A stretch of DNA of 63,937 nucleotides, the filler included, from Vicugna vicugna (lineage: Eukaryota): the NCBI GenBank assembly GCA_013265495.1. It is 76 parts of 74 records of this genome, joined end to end, with 100 filler letters (N's around TTAATTAATTAA, not from the genome) between each part and the next. Parts side by side here need not be neighbours in the genome. Positions count along the whole stretch, not along the records: positions 39,095 to 39,927 come from PNXW01022971.1; positions 40,028 to 40,713 come from MU062223.1; positions 40,814 to 41,217 come from MU062224.1; positions 41,318 to 42,205 come from PNXW01022994.1; positions 42,306 to 42,855 come from PNXW01022995.1; positions 42,956 to 43,877 come from PNXW01022996.1; positions 43,978 to 44,480 come from MU062227.1; positions 44,581 to 45,539 come from PNXW01023004.1; 68 more parts are not named here. One strand, written 5' to 3'. Every line of letters starts with the position of its first letter. Within the stretch, counting starts at the first letter, position 1. Below, one piece after another: positions 39,095 through 50,823 of this stretch. The notes beneath the pieces are model-generated. The model was not told the origin of the DNA. It searched no databases and saw only the letters and a program-made list of their open reading frames with translations. The position numbers and the translations under genes were made by a program.

Positions 39095-39927
39095 TGTGAC
39101 TGAAGAGAGCTGCGTGGAGTTTTCTCTCGAGTTCCCCCGTGCGCTGATAGAGGTTCCGGAATCCTGAGCATGGAGAGGTTCCACCAACATTCGGCAGCGC
39201 GTGGGTTCTAACGGAATGCCTAAGCTCGTCTCCCCTGAGTGTTTTCCTAATGTCTCTGTGCCAGGGAATGCTGGGGGTGACTGCAGGATATCCCAGTAAG
39301 AGGCTGCCTCCCCATGGTCAGGGAAGTTATTTCTTGGGCTTCCCCGAACAGGAAACTCCTGTGACTGAAGAGAGCTGCGTGGAGTTGTCTCTCGAGCTCC
39401 CCCAAGCCCTGACATTGGCTCCGGAATACTGAGCATGGGGAGGTTCCACCAACGGTCGGCAGCGCGTGGGTTCTAACGGAATGCCTAAGCTCGTCTCCCC
39501 TGAGTTTTTTCCTAATACCTCTGTGCCAGGGAATGCTAGGTGTGATTGCATGATATTCCAGTGTCAGAGTCTGGCTCCCTAACTCAGGGAAGGTATTTCA
39601 CGGGCTTCCCCGAACAGGGAACACCTGTGACTGAAGAGAGCTGCGTGGAGATGTCTCTCGAGCTCCCCCACGCACTGACAATGGTTCCGGAATCCTGAGC
39701 GTGGGGAGGTACCACCAACGGTCGGCAGCGCGTGGGTTCTAACGGAATGCCTAAGCTCGTCTCCCCTGAGGGTTTTCCTAATGTCTCTGTGCCAGGGAAT
39801 GCTAGGGGTGTTTGCAGGATATCCCAGTGCCCGAGGCTGCCTCCCCAAGGTCACGGAAGTTATTTCTCGGACTTCCCCATATAGGTAACACCTGTGACTG
39901 AAGAGAGCTGCGTGGATTTGTCTCTCG
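39095..39927. repeat. Satellite family A
   Basis: About three tandem monomers. Confidence 0.97.
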
Positions 39928-40197
39928 NNNNNNNNNNNNNNNNNNNNNNNNNNNNNNNNNNNNNNNNNNNNTTAATTAATTAANNNNNNNNNNNNNNNNN
40001 NNNNNNNNNNNNNNNNNNNNNNNNNNNACAAAAATGCAAAACGGAGAGTGAAGAGAAAATGAAGATTCAATAATTAAATGAAACCAGGGGGAAGTAAACT
40101 CATAAAATTGGATTCCATGAAGTCAGGGCAAGTGTTAAGGCTGACTAGAAATTCAGCTGTAGGATTCTTGGCAGCGAAACCAAAAAGAAAAGATGAT

Positions 40198-40262
40198 GGG
40201 GCGGGTGGTAGAGCGTGTGCTTAGCGTGCACGGGGTCCTGGGTTGAAGCCCCAGGGCTTCCA
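40198..40262 (+). mobile_element. tRNA-Ala-derived SINE (Vic-1-like) with 5' internal deletion
   Basis: ggggcgggtggtagagcgtgtgcttagcgtgcacggggtcctgggttgaagccccag; the tatagctca A-box segment is missing. Confidence 0.8.
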
Positions 40263-41317
40263 CTAACAGGTNNNNNNNNNNNNNNNNNNNNNNNNNNNNN
40301 NNNNNNNNNNNNNNNNNNNNNNNNNNNNNNNNNNNNNNNNNNNNNNNNNNNNNNNNNNNNNNNNNNNNNNNNNNNNNNNNNNNNNNNNNNNNNNNNNNNN
40401 NNNNNNNNNNNNNNNNNNNNNNNNNNNNNNNNNNNNNNNNNNNNNNNNNNNNNNNNNNNNNNNNNNNNNNNNNNNNNNNNNNNNNNNNNNNNNNNNGGGC
40501 TAACAAGCTAAGTCACAAATCAAAGTGTGATAAGTGTCGGTTTCCTGATCTAAGTTTTGCTGGGCTACCTGGTAAATCTGAAGTTTAGTGTCAGTTTACT
40601 GGGCTAATAAGCTAACCCGAAAATCCAAGGTCAACAGTTGTCAGTAAGGTGATCTGTTCCAAATTGAAAAGCTTCAGTGTACTGATTCCTTGCTTTTTGT
40701 TGTTTGAGCCTTANNNNNNNNNNNNNNNNNNNNNNNNNNNNNNNNNNNNNNNNNNNNTTAATTAATTAANNNNNNNNNNNNNNNNNNNNNNNNNNNNNNN
40801 NNNNNNNNNNNNNGACAGACTTCTGAGAATTATACTTTTTAATATTCAGCTCCCTAATTGAAGCATGGAGAAACACCGGCTTGGACCTTGTCGGGGCTGT
40901 CTGGGATGCTAAGCCTTCCTGAACTCCACCGGCCCTGCATTTACATCTCCCTTACAGTTTTTATAGCAATTGCATGTCTTTTCATCAGTCTTTGACATTT
41001 GGAAAGTAAGAGCTGTGTATTAAAGCTCTGCAAGAATGTAAANNNNNNNNNNNNNNNNNNNNNNNNNNNNNNNNNNNNNNNCCTGTCCACACCAGAAGGC
41101 TGTTAAACAAGTGGAGAATGGATGTGGGGAGGAGGTCCTCTTTCTGGGGAGGAGATTGGTGTCTTGGCAGCTCTGTTCAAGGCTGCTGTGGACCTATGCC
41201 CTGCCCTAAGTAACACTNNNNNNNNNNNNNNNNNNNNNNNNNNNNNNNNNNNNNNNNNNNNTTAATTAATTAANNNNNNNNNNNNNNNNNNNNNNNNNNN
41301 NNNNNNNNNNNNNNNNN

Positions 41318-42205
41318 TGGCTTACTTCACTTAGAATGACATTCTCTATGCCCATTCATTTTGCTGCAAATAACATTATTTTATTATTATTTTATGGCTG
41401 AATAGTAGTCAATTGGACAAATATACTACAATCTCTTTATCCAGTTATCTGTCAGTGGACATTTAGTTTGTTTCCATGTCTTGCTATTGTAAATAGTGCT
41501 GCTGTGAACATTGTGGTGAATGTGTCTTTTTGAATTACAGATCCTTTTGGATATATGCCAAGGAGTGGGATTGCTGGGTCTTATGGGAGGTCAATTTTTT
41601 GTCTTTTGAGGAACCTCTATAGAGTTTTCCACAATGGCTCCACCAAACTGCATTCCCACCACAATCCCACCACAGGAGTGTTCCCAATTCTCTGCAGCCT
41701 CTCCAGCATTTATTGTCTGTGAACTTCTCAATGATGGCTATTCTGACTGGTGAGAGGTGATGCTTCATTGCAGTTTTGATTTGCATTTCTCTGATTATGA
41801 TATTGAGCATTTTCTCATTTGCCTATTGACCATTTGTATGTCTTCATTGGAGAAATGTTTCTTTGGGACTTCTGCCCATTTTTGAATTGAATTGTTTGCT
41901 TTTCTTTCTTATTAAGTGTAAAAGGTGTTTACATAGCTTGGGAATTAAGCCCTTGTCAGTTTCATTTATTGCAAGTATTTTCTCCCATTCCATAGGTTGG
42001 TTGTCTTTTTGTTTTGCTTACTGTTTCCTTTACTTTGCAAATCTTGTAAGTTTAATTACATCCCACTTGTATTGTAAATTTAATTACATCCCACTTGTAT
42101 ATTTTTGCTTGTATTACTATTGCTTTAGTAGACTGCTCTAGGAGAACATTGCTGAGATGCATGTCAGATGTTTTGCCTATCTTTTCTTCTAAGAGGTTTA
42201 TAGTG
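41318..42205 (-). mobile_element. LINE-1 fragment, ORF2 3' end
   Basis: Minus-strand translation [32 protein letters not shown] is the ORF2 C-terminal domain. Confidence 0.96.
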
Positions 42206-42305
42206 NNNNNNNNNNNNNNNNNNNNNNNNNNNNNNNNNNNNNNNNNNNNTTAATTAATTAANNNNNNNNNNNNNNNNNNNNNNNNNNNNNNNNNNNNNNN
42301 NNNNN

Positions 42306-42482
42306 TGTACATCTGAAATATGTGTAGTTTACTGTACAGGAATCATACCAGAATAAAGTTGTTTAAAAAAAAAGATGAGAGATTGGAATCCTCATACACT
42401 GCTGATGGGAATGTAAAATGGTGCAGCCTATTGGAAAACAGTTAGGCAGTTCTTAAAAAGTTGAACACAGAGTTGCCATATT
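42306..42482 (+). mobile_element. Old L1M fragments (3' end with A tail, then ORF2 C-terminal piece)
   Basis: aataaagttgtttaaaaaaaaa followed by ctcatacactgctgatgggaatgtaaaatggtgcagcc...ttggaaaacagt. Confidence 0.75.
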
Positions 42483-42955
42483 AAGGGATACAGCTCCGGG
42501 CCAAATCCTGTGTGTGATCTTTCGGGTCCAACCACAGGCTTTGCCTGGCAGATCTCCCGGGAGGGACCTGCCCTCTCCACACCAGACATGGCACTCTGCC
42601 AGTGTCCCACAGGTCCCAGAGGGAGTTGCAGTAACGAACTCGGCTTCCCTGTCAACCCCAGTCAGCCACGTGCACAGTCACAGCTGCGCTCCCAGACCAG
42701 GCACCTCCGATCGGTGCCCGGAGGCCTTGGCAGGGCCACCCGCCACAGCCTGGGCTGAGACCAACTTGTGAGGTTCTGGCTGAGGCAGACATTCTGGCTG
42801 AGGCAGACCATTCAACTGCTGGTGACACTTCTGCGTGCTGTTAATGAATGGTTACNNNNNNNNNNNNNNNNNNNNNNNNNNNNNNNNNNNNNNNNNNNNT
42901 TAATTAATTAANNNNNNNNNNNNNNNNNNNNNNNNNNNNNNNNNNNNNNNNNNNN

Positions 42956-42993
42956 TCAAGCAAATGCCCGTATTTGAAAGTGACTTTATCCAG
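42956..42993 (+). CDS. FAM71/GARIN family gene, 3' end of an exon (partial)
   Basis: Translates KQMPVFESDFIQ, followed by donor cag|gtgaat; matches the FAM71 motif P.FESDFIQ. Confidence 0.85.
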
Positions 42994-43229
42994 GTGAATG
43001 GTCTCATTCCTCCCCCTCTTCTGCATGATTCTTTTAGTTCCCCCTTCCTTCCATCCTTCCACGATTTTCCCCAAAATTAATTGAAGAACTAGTACATGCT
43101 GAGTGTGCAGAGATGTTTTGAGTGACATCTCCACCGGATAGCGGAAACGTTTTGTTTTGTGTTTCAGTAGATGTACACGCCCAGTTGTATCAAGTGGCTC
43201 CAGGCTGCTCCATGGCTTTCCATCTATCA

Positions 43230-43315
43230 CCGGCTCTCAGCCTTGGCTGCTCCTCTGAATTACCTGGAAAGTTTTGAAATCACTGATGCCTGGGGCCTAC
43301 CTCACAAAACCCTAG
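43230..43315. mobile_element. MER5-like DNA transposon fragment inside the FAM71 intron
   Basis: ctctcagccttggctgc...gaattacctggaaagttttgaaatcactgatgcctgggg. Confidence 0.6.
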
Positions 43316-43704
43316 TGTGATGACTCAGTCGAGGCAGCAGGGTGTTTCAGAGGTTCAGTTCCTTGTCATGTGTAGGCAGGATGGAGACGCAGTAAGCACA
43401 CAGGCACAAAGCATTATTCTTGATGAGTTGTTCACGTTATGCTATTCACCCCTTGAATCCTTCGTGCGTCTTCTAAGAACATGGACATCTGTTTATGTTA
43501 CCATGGCATATAGATGTGTTGAGGAAGATTCTGGCTTCTATAGGAGGTCACACTGGAGAGGGAGATGTTGAGTCAGGGCTAAGCTGTGGTACAGGGCTTG
43601 AATTACATGTGTGGGAAAACTAACAGCCCTCTGAATGTTTGCACACACCAAGAACTGTGCTGGACACTTTATTCGGGAGTGGAGCAGATAGGGGAGAAGA
43701 TAAG

Positions 43705-43810
43705 AAAATGCTCCTTTCCTCTTTCTTCCAACAACAGGTCAGCAAGAGAGGAGAAGTAAAATGCTCCTTTCCTCTTTCTTCCCACAACAGGTCAGCAAGA
43801 GAGGAGAAGT
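43705..43810. repeat. 53-bp tandem duplication spanning the splice acceptor
   Basis: aaaatgctcctttcctctttcttcc(a/c)acaacaggtcagcaagagaggagaagt occurs twice (43705 and 43758), with one mismatch. Confidence 0.95.
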
Positions 43811-43877
43811 GATTGATGTGCACAACAGTGTGCAAATGGTGACAGTGGGCATTACATTCAGCAGCCCCAACCTCACA
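43791..43877 (+). CDS. FAM71/GARIN family gene, next exon (partial)
   Basis: Polypyrimidine tract and cag| acceptor, then [29 protein letters not shown]; continues FESDFIQ in phase 0 as in FAM71A/B/C (..[17 protein letters not shown]). Confidence 0.88.
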
Positions 43878-43977
43878 NNNNNNNNNNNNNNNNNNNNNNN
43901 NNNNNNNNNNNNNNNNNNNNNTTAATTAATTAANNNNNNNNNNNNNNNNNNNNNNNNNNNNNNNNNNNNNNNNNNNN

Positions 43978-44480
43978 AAGCTCGTCTCCCCTGAGGGTTT
44001 TCCTAATGTCTCTCTGCCAGGGAATGCTAGGGGTGATTGCAGGATAACCCAGAGACCGAGGCTGCCTCCCAAGTTCAGGGGAGGTATTTCTCGGGCTTCC
44101 CCGAACATGGAACACCTTTAAATCTAGAGAGCTGCGTGAAATTGTCTCTCGAGCTCCCCCACGCACTGACAATGGTTCCGGAATCCTGAGCGTAGGAAGG
44201 TTCCACCAACGGTCGGCAGCGTGTGGATTCTAACGGAATGCATAAGCTCGTCTCCCCTGAGGGTTTTCGTAATGTCTCTGTGCCAGGGAATGCTAGGGGT
44301 GATTGCAGGATATCCCAATGTCAGAGGCGGCCTCCCCAAGGTCAGCGAACGTATTTCTCGGACTTCCCCGAACATTGAACACCTGTGACTGAAGAGATCT
44401 GCGTGGAGTTGTCTCTCGGGCTCTCCCTCACACTAACAATGTTTCCGGAATCCTGAGCGTGGGGAGGTTCCAGCAACGGT
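43978..44480. repeat. Satellite family A
   Basis: About two monomers. Confidence 0.96.
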
Positions 44481-44580
44481 NNNNNNNNNNNNNNNNNNNN
44501 NNNNNNNNNNNNNNNNNNNNNNNNTTAATTAATTAANNNNNNNNNNNNNNNNNNNNNNNNNNNNNNNNNNNNNNNNNNNN

Positions 44581-45539
44581 AGATGATACATCATTGCAGT
44601 TTTGATTTGCATTTCTCTGATAATCTGTGATATTGGTCATTTTCTTATGTGCATTTTGATCATGTGTATGTCTTCCTTGGAGAATTGCTTGTTTAGGTTT
44701 TCTGCCCATTTTTGAATTGCATTGTTTATTTTTTCTTATTCAGGTGAATGAGCTGCTTATATACTCTGGAGATCAAGCCTTTGTCTTTTTCATATGCAAA
44801 TTTATTTCCCATTCCGTAGGTTGTCTTTTTATTTCACTTCCTGTTTCTTATTTTGCAGAACCTTGCAAGTTTCATTTTGTCTCATTTATTTACTCTCGCT
44901 TTTATTTCTTCTATGAGAAAATTTTAGAGACGTATGTCACATAATATTTTGCCTATATTTTCCTCTAAGAACTTTATTTTATATTGTCTTATGTTTAAGC
45001 CTTTGATCCATTCTGAGTTTATTTTTGTTTATGGTGTTCTAGCTTCATTGGGAGTGTTCTAGTTTCATTTACGTGCTGCTGTCCAGTTTTACCAACACCA
45101 TTTGCTGAATGGACTGTCTCAATTCCATTGTATTTTCTTGACTACTTTGTCTAAGTTTAATTGACTAAATGTTTGCGGGTTCATTTCTGGGCTGTCTATT
45201 CTGTTCCATTGGCCTATATGTCTGTTTTCCTACAAATATAGTGCTGTCATGTTGACTGCAGCTCTTTACTATTAAGCAAAGAAATGCCACTGATTTTTGA
45301 ACCTTAATCTTGTAACGTGCTGCATTGCTGAATTCTTCTATCAACTCTAGTAATTTTTGTCTGGATCTTGAAGGGTTTTCTATGTATAGTAACATATTAT
45401 CTGTATGTAGTGACTTTTACCTCTTCCTTTCCAATTTGCATCCATTTACTTCTCTCTCTTGTTTGATTGCTGTGGCTAGGATTTCCAAGATTAGATTGAG
45501 TTGGAGTAGTGATTGTGTGTATCCTTGTCTTGTCCCAGA
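44581..45539 (-). mobile_element. LINE-1 ORF2 fragment with internal deletions
   Basis: Minus-strand translation MLLYIENP..S.QKLLELIEEFS.AA.YKI.VQKSVAFL (RT region) joins abruptly to later ORF2 sequence near 45270. Confidence 0.95.
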
Positions 45540-46589
45540 NNNNNNNNNNNNNNNNNNNNNNNNNNNNNNNNNNNNNNNNNNNNTTAATTAATTAANNNNN
45601 NNNNNNNNNNNNNNNNNNNNNNNNNNNNNNNNNNNNNNNGACCCAGGAATTCCACTCCTGGGCTTGAATCCAGAAGGAAATCTAGGTTGGGCACAACATC
45701 GCTCACGAGGCCATTGCTGTGGCTACTCGGATGTTTACACAGAAACGCAGGTGGTAGCCCAGCTTTTTGCTATAGATGCTGCTGTCAGTGGAGGCAAAGA
45801 GCTCACAGTTGGTGGGGGAGGCCACTTNNNNNNNNNNNNNNNNNNNNNNNNNNNNNNNNNNNNNNNNNNNNNNNNNNNNNNNNNNNNNNNNNNNNNNNNN
45901 NNNNNNNNNNNNNNNNNNNNNNNNNNNNNNNNNNNNNNNNNNNNNNNNNNNNNNNNNNNNNNNNNNNNNNNNNNNNNNNNNNNNNNNNNNNNNNNNNNNN
46001 NNNNNNNNNNNNNNNNNNNNNNNNNNNNNNNNNNNNNNNNNNNNNNNNNNNNNNNNNNNNNNNNNNNNNNNNNNNNNNNNNNNNNNNNNNNNNNNNNNNN
46101 NNNNNNNNNNNNNNNNNNNNNNNNNNNNNNNNNNNNNNNNNNNNNNNNNNNNNNNNNNNNNNNNNNNNNNNNNNNNNNNNNNNNNNNNNNNNNNNNNNNN
46201 NNNNNNNNNNNNNNNNNNGGATGATCCGTTCTCCTTCTGTGTGCCCTTCCCCGAGTGAAAGGGACTGTTCTTTGTTTATGGGCTAGGGAGTATTTGTGGC
46301 TGTCTGACCAGAACCTTCAAAAGTAGATCTCTTGGTGAGAATCGAAGTATGGCACCCACGTCTCATGAGCTCAGCTACCCAACAGCCTAATCTAGCCAAG
46401 ACTGTGGCCAACACCAGGGGTCCATGCTGTTGAGNNNNNNNNNNNNNNNNNNNNNNNNNNNNNNNNNNNNNNNNNNNNTTAATTAATTAANNNNNNNNNN
46501 NNNNNNNNNNNNNNNNNNNNNNNNNNNNNNNNNNTCACAAAGAAACATAAAGAATATTAGGAGAGAAAATGTTTGAATACAAAATCTGT

Positions 46590-46990
46590 GAGTGCTATTT
46601 TAAATAATCTGGTCAGATAAGTTCTCTCTGAGGGTAAATAATTTGAACAAAATCTTGAATAAAGCAAAAGAATAAGCCACGTAGGTAACAGACAAGAAAA
46701 GCCTCCCAGGCTGGGAGAAGTATAAGTACGAGACTTGGAGTTATAAACACAGCCCTCCTGGTGGGGACCATCTGGGCGGTGAAGATGGGCTGGAGCAGAA
46801 CGGTGAGAGCTGAGGCTGCAGAGAATGAGGGTCCGGATCACACAGGGCCTTGGTAGGGACTCCGGATATCCTTCTGAATACAATGGAAAATCTCGTGAGT
46901 ATTTTGCAAAGCGGAACAACTTAATTTCATTCATACTTTAATAAGACCATTGTTGGTAACGTATGGGGAATAAGCAATGGAAGCAGGGCA
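46590..46990 (-). mobile_element. L2 LINE fragment
   Basis: ggtcagataagttctctctgagg...ggctggagcagaacggtgag...gatcacacagggccttg...tacaatggaaaatc. Confidence 0.65.
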
Positions 46991-47099
46991 AGGTAAGCTN
47001 NNNNNNNNNNNNNNNNNNNNNNNNNNNNNNNNNNNNNNNNNNNTTAATTAATTAANNNNNNNNNNNNNNNNNNNNNNNNNNNNNNNNNNNNNNNNNNNN

Positions 47100-47581
47100 C
47101 TCAGGGGAGATGAGCTTAGTCATTCCGTTAGAACCTACGAGCTGCCCACCGTTGTTGGAACCTCCCCACACTCATGATTCCGGAACCATTGTCAGTGCGT
47201 GGGGGAGCTCGTGAAACAACGCCACGCAGCTCTCTTTATCCTCAGGTGTTCCCTGTTCGGGGAAGTCCGAGAAATACCTTCCCTGAACTTGGGGAGGCAG
47301 CCTCTGACACTGGGATATCCTACAATCACCCCTAGCATTCCCTGGAAAAGAGACATTATGAAAATACTCAGGGAAGACGAGCTTAGGCATTCCGTTAGAA
47401 CCCACGAGCTGCCGACCGTTGGTGGAACCAACCCACGCTCAGGATTCCGGAACAGGGGAGATCGAGAGACAAATCCACGCAGCTCTCTTCTGTCACAGGT
47501 GTTCTCTGTTGGTGGATATCTGAGAAATAATTTCCATGATCTTGGGGAGGCAGTCTCTGACACTGGGATATCCTGCAATCA
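47100..47581. repeat. Satellite family A
   Basis: About two monomers; the second lacks the cattgtcagtgcgtg segment near 47452. Confidence 0.95.
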
Positions 47582-47681
47582 NNNNNNNNNNNNNNNNNNN
47601 NNNNNNNNNNNNNNNNNNNNNNNNNTTAATTAATTAANNNNNNNNNNNNNNNNNNNNNNNNNNNNNNNNNNNNNNNNNNNN

Positions 47682-47852
47682 TTAGGAAAACCCTCAGGGG
47701 AGACGAGCTTAAGCATTCAGTTAGAATCCACGCGCTGCGACAGTTGGTGGAACCTCCCCACGCACAGGATTCCGGAACCATTGTCAGTGCGTGGGGGAGC
47801 TCGAGAGACAACTCCACGCAGCTCTCTTCAGTCACAGGTGTTCCCTGTTCGG
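47682..47852. repeat. Satellite family A (partial monomer)
   Basis: ggattccggaaccattgtcagtgcgtgggggagctcgagag. Confidence 0.95.
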
Positions 47853-47952
47853 NNNNNNNNNNNNNNNNNNNNNNNNNNNNNNNNNNNNNNNNNNNNTTAA
47901 TTAATTAANNNNNNNNNNNNNNNNNNNNNNNNNNNNNNNNNNNNNNNNNNNN

Positions 47953-48395
47953 TGGAAACAGACTGAGAAATCAGAGTAATTGTTTCTCCTGCAACCCATT
48001 CCCTTTGTGTTGCATGAATGAAAGTCTCTCCACATGCTCAGTTCTGAGAGATATGTGTGTGTGAAAGCCGACCTTCACCTAGCTTGAAGGGAACACAAAG
48101 TTTCTTTTCATTTGCAAACCCCACACCATACATATATATGGGGAGGTACAAGCTCCAACTCGGTTTTACAGTGCAAACCGCAGNNNNNNNNNNNNNNNNN
48201 NNNNNNNNNNNNNNNNNNNNNNNNNNNTTAATTAATTAANNNNNNNNNNNNNNNNNNNNNNNNNNNNNNNNNNNNNNNNNNNNGCTTGAAGGGAACACAA
48301 AGTTTCTTGTCACTTGCAAACTCCATTCCATACATGTATATGGGGAGGATCTAAGTTCAACTTGGTTTTACAGTGCAAACCGCAGTAACTTCCAC
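47953..48395. repeat. Satellite family B (two separate small scaffolds, 47953-48183 and 48284-48395)
   Basis: gcttgaagggaacacaaagtttc and ggttttacagtg motifs. Confidence 0.93.
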
Positions 48396-48495
48396 NNNNN
48401 NNNNNNNNNNNNNNNNNNNNNNNNNNNNNNNNNNNNNNNTTAATTAATTAANNNNNNNNNNNNNNNNNNNNNNNNNNNNNNNNNNNNNNNNNNNN

Positions 48496-49257
48496 TGGTG
48501 GGGGATGGGCTCTAAAGCCATGTATTAGCGAGTGCATCTCAGTGGGTAGTGGGGGGTTTTAAAATACTTCCCCAACCTTGGAACACCTGTGCCCCATAAA
48601 GATGCGTGGAATCTGTTTCCCCACCTCCAGCACACACACGGAGACGGGCTCAGGTATCCTGATTGTGGGGAGGCTCCTCCAAATGTCAGCAGAGCCTGGG
48701 TTCTAATAGAATCCCTTAGCTTGACTTCCCTGATGGCATGCCTAGGCTGGAGAGTGGGGGAAAGGCTCTAAACCATGTATTAGCGAGAGCCTATCCATGG
48801 GATGTGGGTTTTTAACGTACAACCCACAACCGTGGAATAAATGTGCCCCCTGACTTATGTTTGACTGTTTCCCTACATCCAGCACACACGCGAAGAAGTG
48901 TCCTGGTATTCTGAGTGTGCGGAGTTTCCTCAAACTGACAGCAGCACCTGGGTTCTATTAGTACCCCTTAGCTTCTGTTCCCTGAGTGTTCCTTTAGGCC
49001 AGGACATGAGGGAAAGCTGGGGGTTGGGCTTGGAGGCCAATTAGCAGGGAGTGACCCCTGATACACTGAGGAAGTACTTAGAGGACTTCTCCCTAAACGG
49101 AACACCTTTTCCTCCATTCATCTGGGTGGAGAGTGGCTGCACATCTCTCCCACACCTAAGAAAGTGTTCTGGAATTCTGAGTGCAGGGAAGTTCCTACAA
49201 CAGACATCAGCTCCTGGGTTCTTATTGAATCCCTTTGCTTGTCTTCCCTGATGGAAA
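48496..49257. repeat. Satellite family D
   Basis: Colinear with 51080-51622; landmarks at 48711, 48963 and 49229. Confidence 0.92.
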
Positions 49258-49357
49258 NNNNNNNNNNNNNNNNNNNNNNNNNNNNNNNNNNNNNNNNNNN
49301 NTTAATTAATTAANNNNNNNNNNNNNNNNNNNNNNNNNNNNNNNNNNNNNNNNNNNN

Positions 49358-49402
49358 ACACATGAAACTAACATTGTAAATCGACTACACTTCAATAAAA
49401 AA
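49358..49402 (+). mobile_element. LINE-1 extreme 3' end with poly(A) signal
   Basis: aacattgtaaatcgactacacttcaataaaaaa. Confidence 0.75.
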
Positions 49403-49698
49403 CTTTTTTTTAATATCTATACCGTTAATCTGTTTTATTTTATCCTGAGTTTACAACATTTTTCATAGATTTGAGAATACTTTAAGACATTCAAAATATT
49501 ACTTGNNNNNNNNNNNNNNNNNNNNNNNNNNNNNNNNNNNNNNNNNNNNNNNNNNNNNNNNNNNNNNNNNNNNNNNNNNNNNNNNNNNNNNNNNNNNNNN
49601 NNNNNNNNNNNNNNNNNNNNNNNNNNNNNNNNNNNNNNNNNNNNNNNNNNNNNNNNNNNNNNNNNNNNNNNNNNNNNNNNNNNNNNNNNNNNNNNNNN

Positions 49699-49897
49699 CT
49701 TGTTTATCTACATTTTGAAATCCCAGTCTATCCCTTCCCACCCCGTGCCCCCTTTGGGAACCACAAGTTTGTATTCTACGTCTATGAGTCTGTTTCTATT
49801 TTGTATTTACGGTTTTTTTTTTTTTAGATTCCACATATGAGCGATCTTATACGGTATTTTTCTTACTCTTTCTGGCTTACTTCACTTAGAATGACAT
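49699..49897 (-). mobile_element. LINE-1 3' UTR fragment
   Basis: aaccacaagtttgtattctac...ttagattccacatatgagcgatc...tggcttacttcacttagaatgacat; overlaps in sequence with the start of the 41318 fragment. Confidence 0.9.
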
Positions 49898-49997
49898 NNN
49901 NNNNNNNNNNNNNNNNNNNNNNNNNNNNNNNNNNNNNNNNNTTAATTAATTAANNNNNNNNNNNNNNNNNNNNNNNNNNNNNNNNNNNNNNNNNNNN

Positions 49998-50723
49998 TAT
50001 GAAGTCAGAGTAAATACTACTAAGTCTATATATGCCTTGCTTTTTGGATGAAAGGTTTGTAATCCAGGTGCTCACAACTCAGAAACGCATGTTTGCCGAA
50101 TCCGTCATGCATGTGGCATGTACGGAACCCGGAATGCCATGTTGATGACATTCATGTTAATTACATATCTGTTAGGTTGAAATCGCTCCAGAAATATTTT
50201 TCTGTGAAAAAAGCAAGAATTCGAAACTGTTGTTAGGGAAAGCTTGTGAAAATGAGTACACGTGTCTAGATGAAAACATTCCTTTTATAGAGGATGAAAG
50301 ATCAGTAATCCACATGCTCTCATCTCAGGAATGCATGTTTGTNNNNNNNNNNNNNNNNNNNNNNNNNNNNNNNNNNNNNNNNNNNNNNNNNNNNNNNNNN
50401 NNNNNNNNNNNNNNNNNNNNNNNNNNNNNNNNNNNNNNNNNNNNNNNNNNNNNNNNNNNNNNNNNNNNNNNNNNNNNNNNNNNNNNNNNNNNNNNNNNNN
50501 NNNNNNNNNNNNNNNNNNNNNNNNNNNNNNNNNNNNNNNNNNNNNNNNNNNNNNNNNNNNNNNNNNNNNNNNNNNNNNNNNNNNNNNNNNNNNNNNNNNN
50601 NNNNNNNNNNNNNNNNNNNNNNNNNNNNNNNNNNNNNNNNNNNNGCCATGGTTAACAATGTAATTTACATATGTATTTTTGAGAATTCGCTCAAAGAGAG
50701 TTTTCTGGTGCCTTATGTCCTAT
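49998..50723. repeat. Satellite family E
   Basis: aatcca landmarks at 50061 and 50307; colinear with 33397-33745. Confidence 0.9.
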
Positions 50724-50823
50724 NNNNNNNNNNNNNNNNNNNNNNNNNNNNNNNNNNNNNNNNNNNNTTAATTAATTAANNNNNNNNNNNNNNNNNNNNN
50801 NNNNNNNNNNNNNNNNNNNNNNN

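Noticed and set aside
42046..42810. Small direct duplications (~28 bp near 42046-42100; 18 bp near 42774-42808)
   Set aside because: Ordinary slippage duplications in L1 or non-coding DNA with no evident functional context.
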